A DNA stretch of 64,000 nucleotides from an uncultured bacterium (lineage in GTDB: Bacteria; Verrucomicrobiota; Verrucomicrobiia; Limisphaerales; UBA8199), in NCBI GenBank assembly GCA_963749495.1, contig CAVVMW010000005.1, positions 32,001 through 96,000 of the forward strand, read 5' to 3'. Both the position numbers and the translations under genes were made by a program. Numbering within the stretch: the first letter of the stretch is position 1; each line of letters opens with the position of its first letter. Below, in pieces: positions 52,960 to 62,545 of the stretch. The notes beneath the pieces are model-generated. The model saw only the letters and a program-made list of their open reading frames with translations. It ran no database searches and was not told where the DNA came from.

Positions 52960-53090
52960 GGAGTTCCGGTGCCCGCGGCGGGCTCAAACGGTCTGGTTTT
53001 CATGTCTTTGTTCCTTTCTGGTTCAGGCGGCAAGCGCCTGGGTTTGATTGTTGTTTTGGACTACATAGGCGAAGGCGTTGCTGCCTTCAT

Positions 53091-53128
53091 CCATACATGC
53101 GCATTCCGGGAGAAAAAAGTATGGACGA
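53091..53128 (-). promoter_or_regulatory. Putative ECF promoter, copy 3
   Basis: TCGTCCATAC-N16-GCGCATGTATG. Confidence 0.65.
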
Positions 53129-53379
53129 ATTTTGCGGGGATTCCGCCGCTCGGTCCGGGCTTGCTCGATCGCGGTTCGTTCGTGACACGGAACGCGAGGA
53201 CAGGGGGCATCAGTTCGGCCGGCGTCGCCGCCGGGCAAGACCAGCGCCTCGATGGCGCAATCTACGGGCAGGAGTTGACGCCGGAGCGCGGGGAATGCGC
53301 CTCATCCGGAAAGCTCCTGTCTGGAGTGATGAAGGCCAAGGAGTCTGAGGACCAATACTGGGCGAGCCGGGAACCTGCG

Positions 53380-53591
53380 TCACCGCGTAGCGGTGCTTGA
53401 TGGTAGCCGTGGACTTCCAGTCCACGGACCCATGGCCCAAGCTCACCTGCGGCGCGTAGCAACGCTTGAGAACGGGCTTCGGTTTGGCCACCGCCAAGCC
53501 CTCAGGCGTCGCTACGCAACGCGCTGCCATTCCCACGCCGCAAACCGTGGACCGAGGTCCACGGCTACCTTCAGCGCGTCGCTACGCGACG
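53380..53591. repeat. REPIN-like element
   Basis: GGTAGCCGTGGAC...GTCCACGGCTACC and CGTCGCTACGCGACG hairpins. Confidence 0.8.
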
Positions 53592-53822
53592 GAGGCGCTG
53601 CCCTGGTGCCCGGGGAGGCGGCCGCGAGGTGAAAGGTGGGTTCAGGCGATGAAGGCGCCCCACCTATTTGCGGGCAGGAACTTTCCGGGGGAGCCCCAAA
53701 AGGGCGCTTTCCGCATTCCGCGGTTCGCGACAGATTGTCCATTGGCCTGAAAATTGAGGGGTCAAGGCTCCGCACTCAGGGCCACCAGGCACCGGCAGGG
53801 CGCGAGTGCTGAGGGTCGTGGA

Positions 53823-54106
53823 TTATTGCGCTTTCCCTTCCCTCCCCTTCTCTGCCGCCTCAATCTCCGCCCACGACGGGGCGCGCCAGAGGTGGGCGGC
53901 GCCCGGATAGGTGATAGATAGCAGCGAGTCTCCGCTCGGGTGGAACCGCACTCGCTGGCAGCACCGGTCTATAGAACCTGCATCGCGTGCTTTTAGGACC
54001 AGGACTTCGCGACCGGTTTCCAGGTCCCAAATGAGCATTTCGGCGATGCCGTCGTAGCCAGGGCCCCACGGAAGAGGGTTTCTTCCCGGTCGTCAGCCGG
54101 TTTCAT
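53823..54106 (-). pseudogene. Collapsed Ser/Thr kinase-WD40 gene (first ~15 and last ~75 codons only)
   Basis: MKPADDREETLFR fused out of frame to LIWDLETGREV...HLWRAPSWAEIEAAE. Confidence 0.75.
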
Positions 54107-54122
54107 AGGCGAAGGAGGTGCT

Positions 54123-57100
54123 TCATTTCACAGGGCCCAGATATTTGTCCAGGAAATCGAGCTCCTCTTTGCGCACTTCGTTTTTGAGCCAAGAGGAATG
54201 TCCCGTTTCGTAAATTCTAAGCTGCTTGTCCTTCTCCGCCGTCCCGAAGAGCCTGAAGTACGGTTTTTGATTCGACTCGACCGGGAAGATGCCGTCGTAT
54301 CTGCCATTTTGCAGCAGGATCGGAATCTTGATTCGGGGGGCGAAGTTGACCTGGCTGTATTCCGGGGGACAGTCGAGCGCCAGGCCGCCGCCAAGCATGA
54401 CCACGACCTTAATTCGGCTATCGATCGCGGGTAAAATACCACCCCAGACCCCACCCCAGCTCAACCCTTCATAAGCTAGTTTGTTGGTATCGAACTCGTC
54501 CGGACGAGTTTCCAGGTAATCTATGGTCCTCCTGAAATCTTTGGCCAACATGATTCCATACTCGAGTGCTGTCGTCTTGCCTTGTTTTTCCGGGGGAGCC
54601 ATCCTCTCGAAAGTTCCCTGCAGAACAGGGAATGCGAATGCGCGGCCGGTCTTGGTGTGGCTTTCAAAGGTGTCGGTGGACCCATATCCTGCCATGGAAT
54701 GGAGGGACAGAGCGCCGCTCCCAGGAAAATAGACCACGGTCTGGAACGGAGGCTTGCCGGTGCGGGGGATGTAAAGATAGGCGATCATCCTTTCGCTTCC
54801 ATAAGCCGCATTGAAAGAAACCCTTTCCTGCCGAGTATATAGGGTTATGTTTGTTTCGGACTCGATCGTGGGCTGCAATTCCGATCTATTGTAGTCGTAG
54901 AGTTTCTTATAGGCTTGAAAGACTTCTTCCGAACAGGGCTTTTGATCGCCCAGGACTGGAGGCGGACTATATTGGACTGAACCTCCCGCCTGGTCCCACA
55001 CGCCATCGTCCGTAAGCAGCTTCATGCAACGAAATCCGAAATTAGCCTCGCGCAAAAAGGGAGGGTATTTGTCTGCGGCTCCAAACATGTACTCCGGTTC
55101 ATTCCAGCCGCCTCCGGCGATGACGCGGTAACCTTGGGGAGCCTCATTGAAGCACCATTCTTTGACATTTCCGGCCATGTCATAAACTCCGTGGGAGGTC
55201 ATGCCTTGGAATGTTCCGACCCGTGCGGGACCCTTTCCTCCAAAGTTGCTCAGGGGTATGATGTAACCGACATCTACGTGCGCCCAATCTCCGGCGGCCA
55301 GGCTCCAATGATACACGGTGGGCAGGCGCTTGCCGGCGAACTCCGCGTAGGCGGCAGCCTCGTACCAACTGACGCCTCCGACCGGGTAGTCCTCCTGGCC
55401 TTTTGGGAACTCCCCGTTTTTCCAGGTGGCGGGGCCGGGCCGGCCCGTCTGGTCCACGAGAATCTTCATCGCGGCTTCCCAACGGATTTCGATGCCGTCC
55501 TTGAGGAACTTATGCTTCCAATACTCCGGTTTCTTGTAGCCGCCGGCTTCGAGGAATTCCTTAAACCGCCGGTTTGTCACTTCGTATCTGTCGAGAACAA
55601 AGTCCGACAGATTCAGCACCGGCAGGGACCGTGAATCCAGCCATCCCAGGTTAGCTTTAAACTCTTGGCCCTGAACCCGCACCATCCCTGGAGGGATGGT
55701 CCCGGTCTTGTCCAGCTTGACTTTGAGCTCAACGGGTTTGAGACCGGTGAGCACAGCGCCCTCCGCAGATTCGTATTCGGGCAGGGTGATTTTCCACCGC
55801 TTGAAGCCCCGAGGCACCTTCATTTCTTTGAGTGGGGAGTTGCCGATCGGCTCCCATTTGGGGCTGAGGTCGGTGTAATCTCTGATGAACACCTCTGCGC
55901 CCGGGGGCGTGGTCTCGACCGAGATAAGACGGACAATCCGCGCCGACAACGCCTGGAACTGGGCATTGTCGCCGACGAAAGGCCGCGCCTCCTCGACCCG
56001 TTTGAACGCCGCCGTGTAATCATCCTTCTCCAGCAATCGCTCGATCTCCGGCAGCGCCGTTTCCAGGGCCCACTTCACCTTCCGCAGACCCGCCCGCTCC
56101 TGCTCCGCCTGACCCGCCCGCCGGGCCTGCCACACGCTGAAGGTCGTCCCAAAAATCGCCAGCAAGGCGAAGCCCCCGGCCGTCGCCAGCGCCCGGCGAT
56201 GGCGCCGCACGTATTTCATCGTCCGATAGCCCAGCGTCGGCGCCGCCGCGCTCACCGGCTCGTGGCTCAAATGGCGCTCGATGTCCCGGGCCAGGTCATT
56301 GGCCGTCTCGTAACGCCGCGTTCGGTTCTTCTCGAGACACTTCATCGCGATCCAATCCAGGTCGCCCCGCAACGAGCGGATCAGCTTGGGCGGTTCGGTG
56401 GCGCGCCGCTGGGCCGTGGTGGTCCGCTCCTTCGGCTCCAGCCGGCTCAGCCGTGTCGAAGGCTTAGGCGGCTCGTCCTCCCGGATGCAACGGATGATTT
56501 CCTCCAACCCGGCCTGCGCGAGCACCTTGGGCTCGAAGGGCGTCCGGCCCGTCAGCAGTTCGTAAAGCAGCACCCCCAGCGCGTAGATGTCGCTGCGCGT
56601 GTCCACGTCCAGTCCGCTCAGGCCCGCCTGCTCCGGACTCGTATAGGCCGGGGTGCCGATGAACTGCTGGAACCGGGTATAGACCGTCTTGTCGGTGAGC
56701 CGCTCGCCGATCGCCTTGGCGATCCCGAAATCGATCACCTTGGGCACCGGCACGTCATCGGCCAGCATGACCAGGATGTTCGAGGGCTTGATGTCGCGGT
56801 GAATGACCCCCTTCTGATGCGCGTGCTGGATGGCGTGACAGACCTGGACAAAGAGCTCGAGCCGCTCCTCCGTGGAGAGGTGGTTCTGGTCACAGTAATC
56901 GGTAATCCGCACCCCGCGGACCAGTTCCATGGCGAAGTAGGGCCGGCCGGTCTCCGTGGCCCCGCCGTCCAGGACTTTGGCGATGTTGGGATGGTCCATC
57001 ATGGCCAGGGCTTGGCGTTCGCTCTCGAACCGGGCGACGACTTCCTTGGTATCCATCCCCAGCTTGATAATCTTGAGGGCCACGCGCCGCCGCACAGGTT

Positions 57101-57410
57101 GTTCCTGCTCAGCCAGATACACCACGCCCCACCCACCCTCGCCGATCTTCTCGCGGATCTTGTACGGGCCAATCGCCATGCCCGGACCTTCCTCGGGCGG
57201 CAGAAGCACCGTCTGGCCGCCCGGCGCCGCCGCCTGCAGTTGGAGGGACGGATCGGGACTCTCGTGGGCCTGGACAAGGGCTTCGAGCCTGGCGCGAAGC
57301 GCCGCGTTTCCCGCGGAGGCCTGGTTCAGGAAGGCCTCGCGTTCCGGGCCGTTGGGCCGTTGCAAGGCCTCTCGGACGAGGACCTCTTCTCTATCATCAG
57401 CAGGTTTCAT
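54123..57410 (-). CDS. Ser/Thr kinase - TM - FGE/SUMF1-like - alpha/beta hydrolase (paralogue B)
   Basis: GEGGWG, VALK, HRDIKPSN, DFG, SPEQ; YEVTN, PVGGVSW, RLPT, DMAGNVKEW, GFRC; GLSWGG, GRYD, ETGH. Confidence 0.93.
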   Translation of the reverse strand: MKPADDREEVLVREALQRPNGPEREAFLNQASAGNAALRARLEALVQAHESPDPSLQLQAAAPGGQTVLLPPEEGPGMAIGPYKIREKIGEGGWGVVYLAEQEQPVRRRVALKIIKLGMDTKEVVARFESERQALAMMDHPNIAKVLDGGATETGRPYFAMELVRGVRITDYCDQNHLSTEERLELFVQVCHAIQHAHQKGVIHRDIKPSNILVMLADDVPVPKVIDFGIAKAIGERLTDKTVYTRFQQFIGTPAYTSPEQAGLSGLDVDTRSDIYALGVLLYELLTGRTPFEPKVLAQAGLEEIIRCIREDEPPKPSTRLSRLEPKERTTTAQRRATEPPKLIRSLRGDLDWIAMKCLEKNRTRRYETANDLARDIERHLSHEPVSAAAPTLGYRTMKYVRRHRRALATAGGFALLAIFGTTFSVWQARRAGQAEQERAGLRKVKWALETALPEIERLLEKDDYTAAFKRVEEARPFVGDNAQFQALSARIVRLISVETTPPGAEVFIRDYTDLSPKWEPIGNSPLKEMKVPRGFKRWKITLPEYESAEGAVLTGLKPVELKVKLDKTGTIPPGMVRVQGQEFKANLGWLDSRSLPVLNLSDFVLDRYEVTNRRFKEFLEAGGYKKPEYWKHKFLKDGIEIRWEAAMKILVDQTGRPGPATWKNGEFPKGQEDYPVGGVSWYEAAAYAEFAGKRLPTVYHWSLAAGDWAHVDVGYIIPLSNFGGKGPARVGTFQGMTSHGVYDMAGNVKEWCFNEAPQGYRVIAGGGWNEPEYMFGAADKYPPFLREANFGFRCMKLLTDDGVWDQAGGSVQYSPPPVLGDQKPCSEEVFQAYKKLYDYNRSELQPTIESETNITLYTRQERVSFNAAYGSERMIAYLYIPRTGKPPFQTVVYFPGSGALSLHSMAGYGSTDTFESHTKTGRAFAFPVLQGTFERMAPPEKQGKTTALEYGIMLAKDFRRTIDYLETRPDEFDTNKLAYEGLSWGGVWGGILPAIDSRIKVVVMLGGGLALDCPPEYSQVNFAPRIKIPILLQNGRYDGIFPVESNQKPYFRLFGTAEKDKQLRIYETGHSSWLKNEVRKEELDFLDKYLGPVK

Positions 57411-57434
57411 AGGCGAAGGAGTTGGTTCATTCGA

Positions 57435-57472
57435 TCATACATGCGCATTCTGGCGGGGAAAAGTATGGACGA
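57435..57472 (-). promoter_or_regulatory. Putative ECF promoter, copy 2
   Basis: TCGTCCATAC-N16-GCGCATGTATG, 24 nt upstream of the kinase B ATG. Confidence 0.65.
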
Positions 57473-57560
57473 TTTTCATGAATCTTTTTCGCCACGCGAA
57501 CCCGCCTGAACCAGCCAGGAACCCAGCGGCCGAGGGACCTCAAACGGTCCGGCGTGCGCC

Positions 57561-57644
57561 TCAAGCTCGATTCACTCTCAGAAGCTGACCTGCCAGTGAG
57601 CTCCGGCCACCGATGGCCTGGTTAATCGAATAGAGCCGTGCCAT
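57561..57644 (-). pseudogene. Collapsed DUF5615 (PIN-like) toxin
   Basis: 27-aa ORF MARLYS|INQAIGGRSSLAGQLLRVNRA resembling the two ends of DUF5615 proteins, coupled to DUF433. Confidence 0.55.
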
Positions 57645-57973
57645 CAGTCGGTTTCGTTCGCCTCGATTTGGCGCGTGATTTCATCGCGGTGTGAGCGTAC
57701 AAAGGCCCAAGCATTGACGAGGTCTTCGGCCCGGAGCGTCGGATAAACCCGCAGCAATTCGGCTTCCGAGATGCCCAGCCGCCGCGCCTGTTCCAGAGCC
57801 CACACCGGTATGCGGGTGCGCACGACACACGGCTCGCCCCCGCAAACTCCCGGACGGCTTTCGATGCCGGGGAAGGCCTCGCCCAAGTCGCGCGCCGCCC
57901 ACTGCAACACCTGCGCTTTCTCCGCCCGGCTCAGTTTGGCCAGCAGTTCTTCGGCGGCTTGCAGGACACTCAT
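57644..57973 (-). CDS. DUF433 antitoxin-like protein
   Basis: IESRPGVCGGEPCVVRTRIPVW...YPTLRAEDL. Confidence 0.9.
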   Translation of the reverse strand: MSVLQAAEELLAKLSRAEKAQVLQWAARDLGEAFPGIESRPGVCGGEPCVVRTRIPVWALEQARRLGISEAELLRVYPTLRAEDLVNAWAFVRSHRDEITRQIEANETD

Positions 57974-58059
57974 AACGTCTCAAGCAGCCTAATCGAAAAC
58001 AGAGGCCTCTGCAAGCGTGCAAACCTGCGCCGCGCCGTGGGCAGGATTCATCGGGAAGG

Positions 58060-58417
58060 CCCGCCTTCGGGTGGCGGCGATTCCACCGCCTCGGGTCCTT
58101 CTCCACGCACTTCATCACGATCCGGTCCAGGTCCCCGTCGATCCCTGACTCTTCTTTTCGAGGATCTTGTAGCGCCCGATCATCGTGCCCGGAGCTTCCT
58201 CGGGCACGAGAAGCACGGTCGCGGCGGCCAGGGGGGCAACCTGCGGTTCGAGGAACGGGTCGGGACTCTCATGGGCCTGGAGGAGCGATTCCAGCCTGGC
58301 GCGAAGGGCCTCGTTGCCCGCGCAGGCCTGGTTCAGGAAGGCTTCGCGCTCCGGGCCCTTGGCCCGTTGGAGGGCCTCTCGAAAGAGGGCTTCTTCCCGG
58401 TCGTCAGCAGGTTTCAT
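58060..58417 (-). pseudogene. Internally deleted Ser/Thr kinase paralogue
   Basis: MKPADDREE...IGRYKILEK jumps to GDLDRIVMKCVEKDPRR; catalytic core missing. Confidence 0.8.
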
Positions 58418-58433
58418 AGGCCAAGGGGTTGGT

Positions 58434-61400
58434 TCACTTCACAGGACCCAGGTATTTGTCCAGGAAATCGAGCTGGTCTTTGGCAACTTCATTCTTGATC
58501 CAGACGGCATGCCCTGTTTCGTAAACCTTGTGCTGCTTGTCTTTCTCTGGCGTGCCAAAGAGCCTGACGTAGGGTTTTTGACTCGACTCGACCGGGCGGA
58601 GGCCATCGTATTTGCCGCCTTGCAGCAGGATCGGAATTTTGACCCGCGGAGCGAAATTGACATGGCTATATTCCGGGGGAGAGTCCAGGATCAGGCCGCC
58701 GCCGAGCATGACCGCGGCCTTGATCCGGGTATCGAGGGCCGGCAAAATGCCACCCCAGACGCCTCCCCAGCTCAACCCTTCATAGGCTAGTTTGTTGGTA
58801 TCGAACTCCGCCGGCCGTGTTTCCAGGTAGTCTATGGTCCTCCTGAAATCCTTGGCGCGCATGATTTCATCCTCGAGTTCTGTCGTCGTGCCTTGTTTTT
58901 CCGGGCGAGCCATCCTCTCGAAGGTCCCTTGCAACACAGGCACGACGAATGCGCGGCCGCTCCAGGTGTGGGTTAAAGAACTGGTGGCGGTCGAGTCGTG
59001 TGCTCCTATGGAATGGAGTACATGGGCGCTGCCTCCGGGCCAATAGACCACGGTCTGGAACGGAGGCTTGCCCGTGCGGGGGATGTAAAGGTAGGCGATC
59101 ATCCTTTCGTTTCCGTAGGCGGCATTGAAAGAAACCTTCTGCCGCCTGGTATAAATGTCCAAGTCCTCCGTGGCCTCGATCGTGGGCTGTAATTCCGATT
59201 TACTGTAGTCATAGAGTCTCTTGTAGGCTTCAAAGACGTCATCCGAGCAAGGCTTTTGATCACTGAGCTGTCGGGGCGGACGATATTGGATCGGACACGC
59301 CGCCTGCTCCCAAACGCCGTCGTCCGCGAGCAGTTTCATGCAGCGAAATCCGAAATTAGCTCCCCGGAACAATGCAGGGTATTTGTCCGCGGCACCGAAC
59401 AGGTACTCCGGTTCACTCCAGCCGCCCCCAGCGAGGACTCTGTAGCCTTGAGGGGCCTCATTGAAGCACCACTCCTTGACGTTGCCCGCCATGTCATAGA
59501 TTCCATGCGAGGTCATGCCTTGGAAAGTCCCGACCGGGGCGGGGCCAGTGCCTCCAAAGTTGCTCAGGGGGATGATGTAACCGACATCCACGTGTGACCA
59601 ATCTCCAGCAGCCAGGCTCCAATGATAGACCGTGGGCAGGCGCTTGCCGGCGAACTCCGCGTAGGCGGCAGCCTCGTACCAACTCACGCCTCCGACCGGG
59701 TAGTCCTGCTGGCCTTTCGGGAAATCCCCGTTGTTCCAGGTGGCGGGGCCAGGCCGGCCCGTCTGGTCCACGAAGAGCTTCATTGCACCGTGCCAGCTAA
59801 GTTCGATACCGTCCTTGACGAACCGATGCTTCCAATACTCCGGCTTGCTGTAGCCGCCCGCCGCCACGAATTCCTTGAATCGCAGGTTCGTCACCTCGAA
59901 TCGGTCGAGTAGAAAGTCCGACAGATTCAACTCCGGCAGGGACCGGGAATCCAGCCATGCCAGGTTAGCTTTGAACTTTTGCCCCTGAATCCGCACCATC
60001 CCTGGAGGGATGGTCCCGGCCTGGTCCAGCTTGACCTTGAGTTGGACGGGCTCCCGGGTGGTGAGCAGGCTGCCCTCCGCACACTCGTATTCGGGCATGG
60101 TGATTTTCCACCGCTTGAAGCCCTGAGGCACCTTCAGTTCCTTGAGGGGCGACTTGCCGATGGGTTCCCATTTGGGGTCGAGGTCGCTGTAATCTCTGAT
60201 GAATACGTCCGCACCCGGGGGTGTAGTCTCGATCGAGATCACTCGGACGACCCGGGCCGAAAGCGCCTGGAACCGGAGATTGTCCGCGACGTAGGGGCGC
60301 GCCTGCTCGACGAGTTTGAAAGCAGCCGTGGAATCATCCTTGTCGAGCGAGCGTTCGATCTCCGGCATCGCCGTTTCCAGCGCCCACCGCACGTTGCGCA
60401 GGCCCGCCCGTTCCTTCTCCGCCCGACCCGCCCGCCGGGCCTGCCACACGCTCAGTGTCGTGCCCACAATGACCAGCAAGGCAAACGCCGCTCCCGTCGC
60501 CAGCACCCGGCGATGGCGGCGAACGTATTTCAGGGCCCGGTAGCCCAGAGTCGGCGCTGCCGCGCTCACGGGGTGGTGGTTCAAATGGAACTCAATGTCC
60601 CGGGCCAGTTCATTGGCCGTTTCATAACGCCGCCTCCGGTCCTTCTCGAGGCATTTCATCACGATCCAGTCCAAGTCGCCCCGCAGGGAGCGGATCAGCT
60701 TGAGCGCCTCGGTGGCGCGCCGCTGGGCCGTGGTGGTCCGCTCCTTCTGATCGAGCTGGCTCAGCCGCGTCGAGGGTTTGGGCGGCTCTTGCTCCCGAAT
60801 GCACCGCAGGATTTCCTCCAACCCGGCCTGCGCCAACTCTTTGGCTTCAAAGGGCGTCCGGCCCGTCAGCAGTTCGTAGAGCAGCACGCCCAGTGTGTAA
60901 ATGTCGCTGCGCGTGTCCACGTCCAGTCCGCTCAGGCCCGCCTGCTCCGGACTCATGTAGGCCGGTGTGCCGATGAATTGCTCGAAGGCGGTGAAGAGCG
61001 TCTTGTCGGTCAAGACCTGGCCGCCCGTAGCCTTGGCAATGCCGAAATCGATCACCTTGGGCATGGGCATTCCGTCGTGCAAGGTCACCAGGATGTTCGA
61101 GGGCTTGATGTCGCGATGGATGATCCCCTTCTGGTGGGCGTGCTGAACGGCGTGGCAGACCTTGATGAACAAATCCAGCCGCGCCTGCGTGGCCAGTTTC
61201 TCCTGGTCGCAGTACTTGGTGATGGGAATCCCCCTCACCAGCTCCATGACGAAATAGGGCCGGCCGGTCTCCGTGGCGCCGGCATCCAGCACCTTGGCGA
61301 TGTTGGGGTGGTCCATAAGGGCCAGCGCTTGGCGCTCCGCCTCGAATCGCGCCACCACCTGCCGCGTGTCCATCCCCAGCTTGATGACCTTGAAGGCCAC

Positions 61401-61757
61401 CCGGCGGCGAATCGGCGCCTCCTGCTCAGCCATATAGACCACCCCGCAGCCGCCCTCGCCGATTTGCTGTAAGAGCTTGTAATGGCCGATCTTGTCCCCG
61501 GCCTTCTCGGTGACGGCGGACGAGACGAGGGTGGTCTGCTGGGGTGATAGAACACCCCATCCTCCACGGAAATCGCCCGCCGGCGGTTCGAGGAACGGGT
61601 CGGGACTCTCATCGGCCCGGAGGAGCGCTTCCAGCCTGGCGTGCAGGGCCTGGTTGCCGAGGCAGGCCTCGTTCAGGAAAGCGTCGCGCTCCGGGCCCTT
61701 GGCCCGTTGGAGGGCCTCGCGGAAGAGGGTTTCTTCCCGGTTGTCGGCGGGTTTCAT
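58434..61757 (-). CDS. Ser/Thr kinase - TM - FGE/SUMF1-like - alpha/beta hydrolase (paralogue A)
   Basis: GEGGCG, HRDIKPSN, DFG, YMSPEQ; same extracellular motifs as paralogue B; start chosen by alignment. Confidence 0.93.
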   Translation of the reverse strand: MKPADNREETLFREALQRAKGPERDAFLNEACLGNQALHARLEALLRADESPDPFLEPPAGDFRGGWGVLSPQQTTLVSSAVTEKAGDKIGHYKLLQQIGEGGCGVVYMAEQEAPIRRRVAFKVIKLGMDTRQVVARFEAERQALALMDHPNIAKVLDAGATETGRPYFVMELVRGIPITKYCDQEKLATQARLDLFIKVCHAVQHAHQKGIIHRDIKPSNILVTLHDGMPMPKVIDFGIAKATGGQVLTDKTLFTAFEQFIGTPAYMSPEQAGLSGLDVDTRSDIYTLGVLLYELLTGRTPFEAKELAQAGLEEILRCIREQEPPKPSTRLSQLDQKERTTTAQRRATEALKLIRSLRGDLDWIVMKCLEKDRRRRYETANELARDIEFHLNHHPVSAAAPTLGYRALKYVRRHRRVLATGAAFALLVIVGTTLSVWQARRAGRAEKERAGLRNVRWALETAMPEIERSLDKDDSTAAFKLVEQARPYVADNLRFQALSARVVRVISIETTPPGADVFIRDYSDLDPKWEPIGKSPLKELKVPQGFKRWKITMPEYECAEGSLLTTREPVQLKVKLDQAGTIPPGMVRIQGQKFKANLAWLDSRSLPELNLSDFLLDRFEVTNLRFKEFVAAGGYSKPEYWKHRFVKDGIELSWHGAMKLFVDQTGRPGPATWNNGDFPKGQQDYPVGGVSWYEAAAYAEFAGKRLPTVYHWSLAAGDWSHVDVGYIIPLSNFGGTGPAPVGTFQGMTSHGIYDMAGNVKEWCFNEAPQGYRVLAGGGWSEPEYLFGAADKYPALFRGANFGFRCMKLLADDGVWEQAACPIQYRPPRQLSDQKPCSDDVFEAYKRLYDYSKSELQPTIEATEDLDIYTRRQKVSFNAAYGNERMIAYLYIPRTGKPPFQTVVYWPGGSAHVLHSIGAHDSTATSSLTHTWSGRAFVVPVLQGTFERMARPEKQGTTTELEDEIMRAKDFRRTIDYLETRPAEFDTNKLAYEGLSWGGVWGGILPALDTRIKAAVMLGGGLILDSPPEYSHVNFAPRVKIPILLQGGKYDGLRPVESSQKPYVRLFGTPEKDKQHKVYETGHAVWIKNEVAKDQLDFLDKYLGPVK

Positions 61758-61781
61758 AGGCCCAGATGGCTGTTCATTCAA

Positions 61782-61819
61782 TCATACATGCGCCTTCGGG
61801 AGGGAAAAAGTATGGACGA
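61782..61819 (-). promoter_or_regulatory. Putative ECF promoter, copy 1
   Basis: TCGTCCATAC-N16-GCGCATGTATG, 24 nt upstream of the kinase A ATG. Confidence 0.65.
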
Positions 61820-61884
61820 ATTTCATCATTCCTTTTCCCGCGCAACCCCGCCCGAACCCGGGAAGAGGCAGGAGGCTGGGAACT

Positions 61885-62445
61885 TCAATTGGCCTTGCTT
61901 ATCTCGAGAGCCAGCCAGGCGCGGGCGTAGGCCCACCAATCCTTTGCCGTAGGCACGGCGATGCCCAGGGCGGAAGCCGCCTCCTCGAAGGTCATCCCGG
62001 CGAAGTAACGCAGCTTCACCAATTGCGCCTTGCGCGGTTGGATCGCGGCCAACTTCTCGAGCGCCTCGTCCACCGCCAGCAATTGCTCGTCGTCCGCGAT
62101 GGCCATTGGGAATTCGATTACCTCGAGGCTGACGTGGGCCGCTCCGCCGCCTCGCTTCAACGCCGTGCGCCTTCGGGCGCGCTCCACCAGGATGCGCCGC
62201 ATCGCTTCGGCCGCGGCGGCGAAGAAATGGGCGCGGTTCTGCCAGGCGGGTTGGGCATCGGCGCCGAGCCGCAGCCAGGCCTCGTGCACCAACGCAGTGG
62301 GTTGCAGGGTTTGGGTGGAGGCCTCCTGGGCCATCTTGTGCGCTGCGAGTTTGCGCAACTCCGCATAGACCACTGGGAACAGTTCCCGCTCGGCCCGCGG
62401 GCTGCCGGGCCCGATCGCCTGCGAATTCAGGGGCCCATTTTCCAT
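61885..62445 (-). CDS. Kinase-associated ECF sigma factor (TIGR02999-like)
   Basis: VYAELRKLA, TLQPTALVHEAWLRL, RAHFFAAAAEAMRRILV, VKLRYFAG, WAYARAWL. Confidence 0.93.
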   Translation of the reverse strand: MENGPLNSQAIGPGSPRAERELFPVVYAELRKLAAHKMAQEASTQTLQPTALVHEAWLRLGADAQPAWQNRAHFFAAAAEAMRRILVERARRRTALKRGGGAAHVSLEVIEFPMAIADDEQLLAVDEALEKLAAIQPRKAQLVKLRYFAGMTFEEAASALGIAVPTAKDWWAYARAWLALEISKAN

Positions 62446-62545
62446 GTTGCGCCCAAGTCGCCGGTTTCGCGGCTAAGCTGGCGGCAGCGAATACCAGATC
62501 GCCCGAGGCGCGTCAAGCCTCAATTGGCTTCGCCCGTAACCGGTG

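Noticed and set aside
54123..61757. Diversity-generating retroelement targeting the FGE-like (CLec-fold) domains
   Set aside because: No reverse transcriptase or template repeat in the window; paralogue differences are spread out and not visibly adenine-specific
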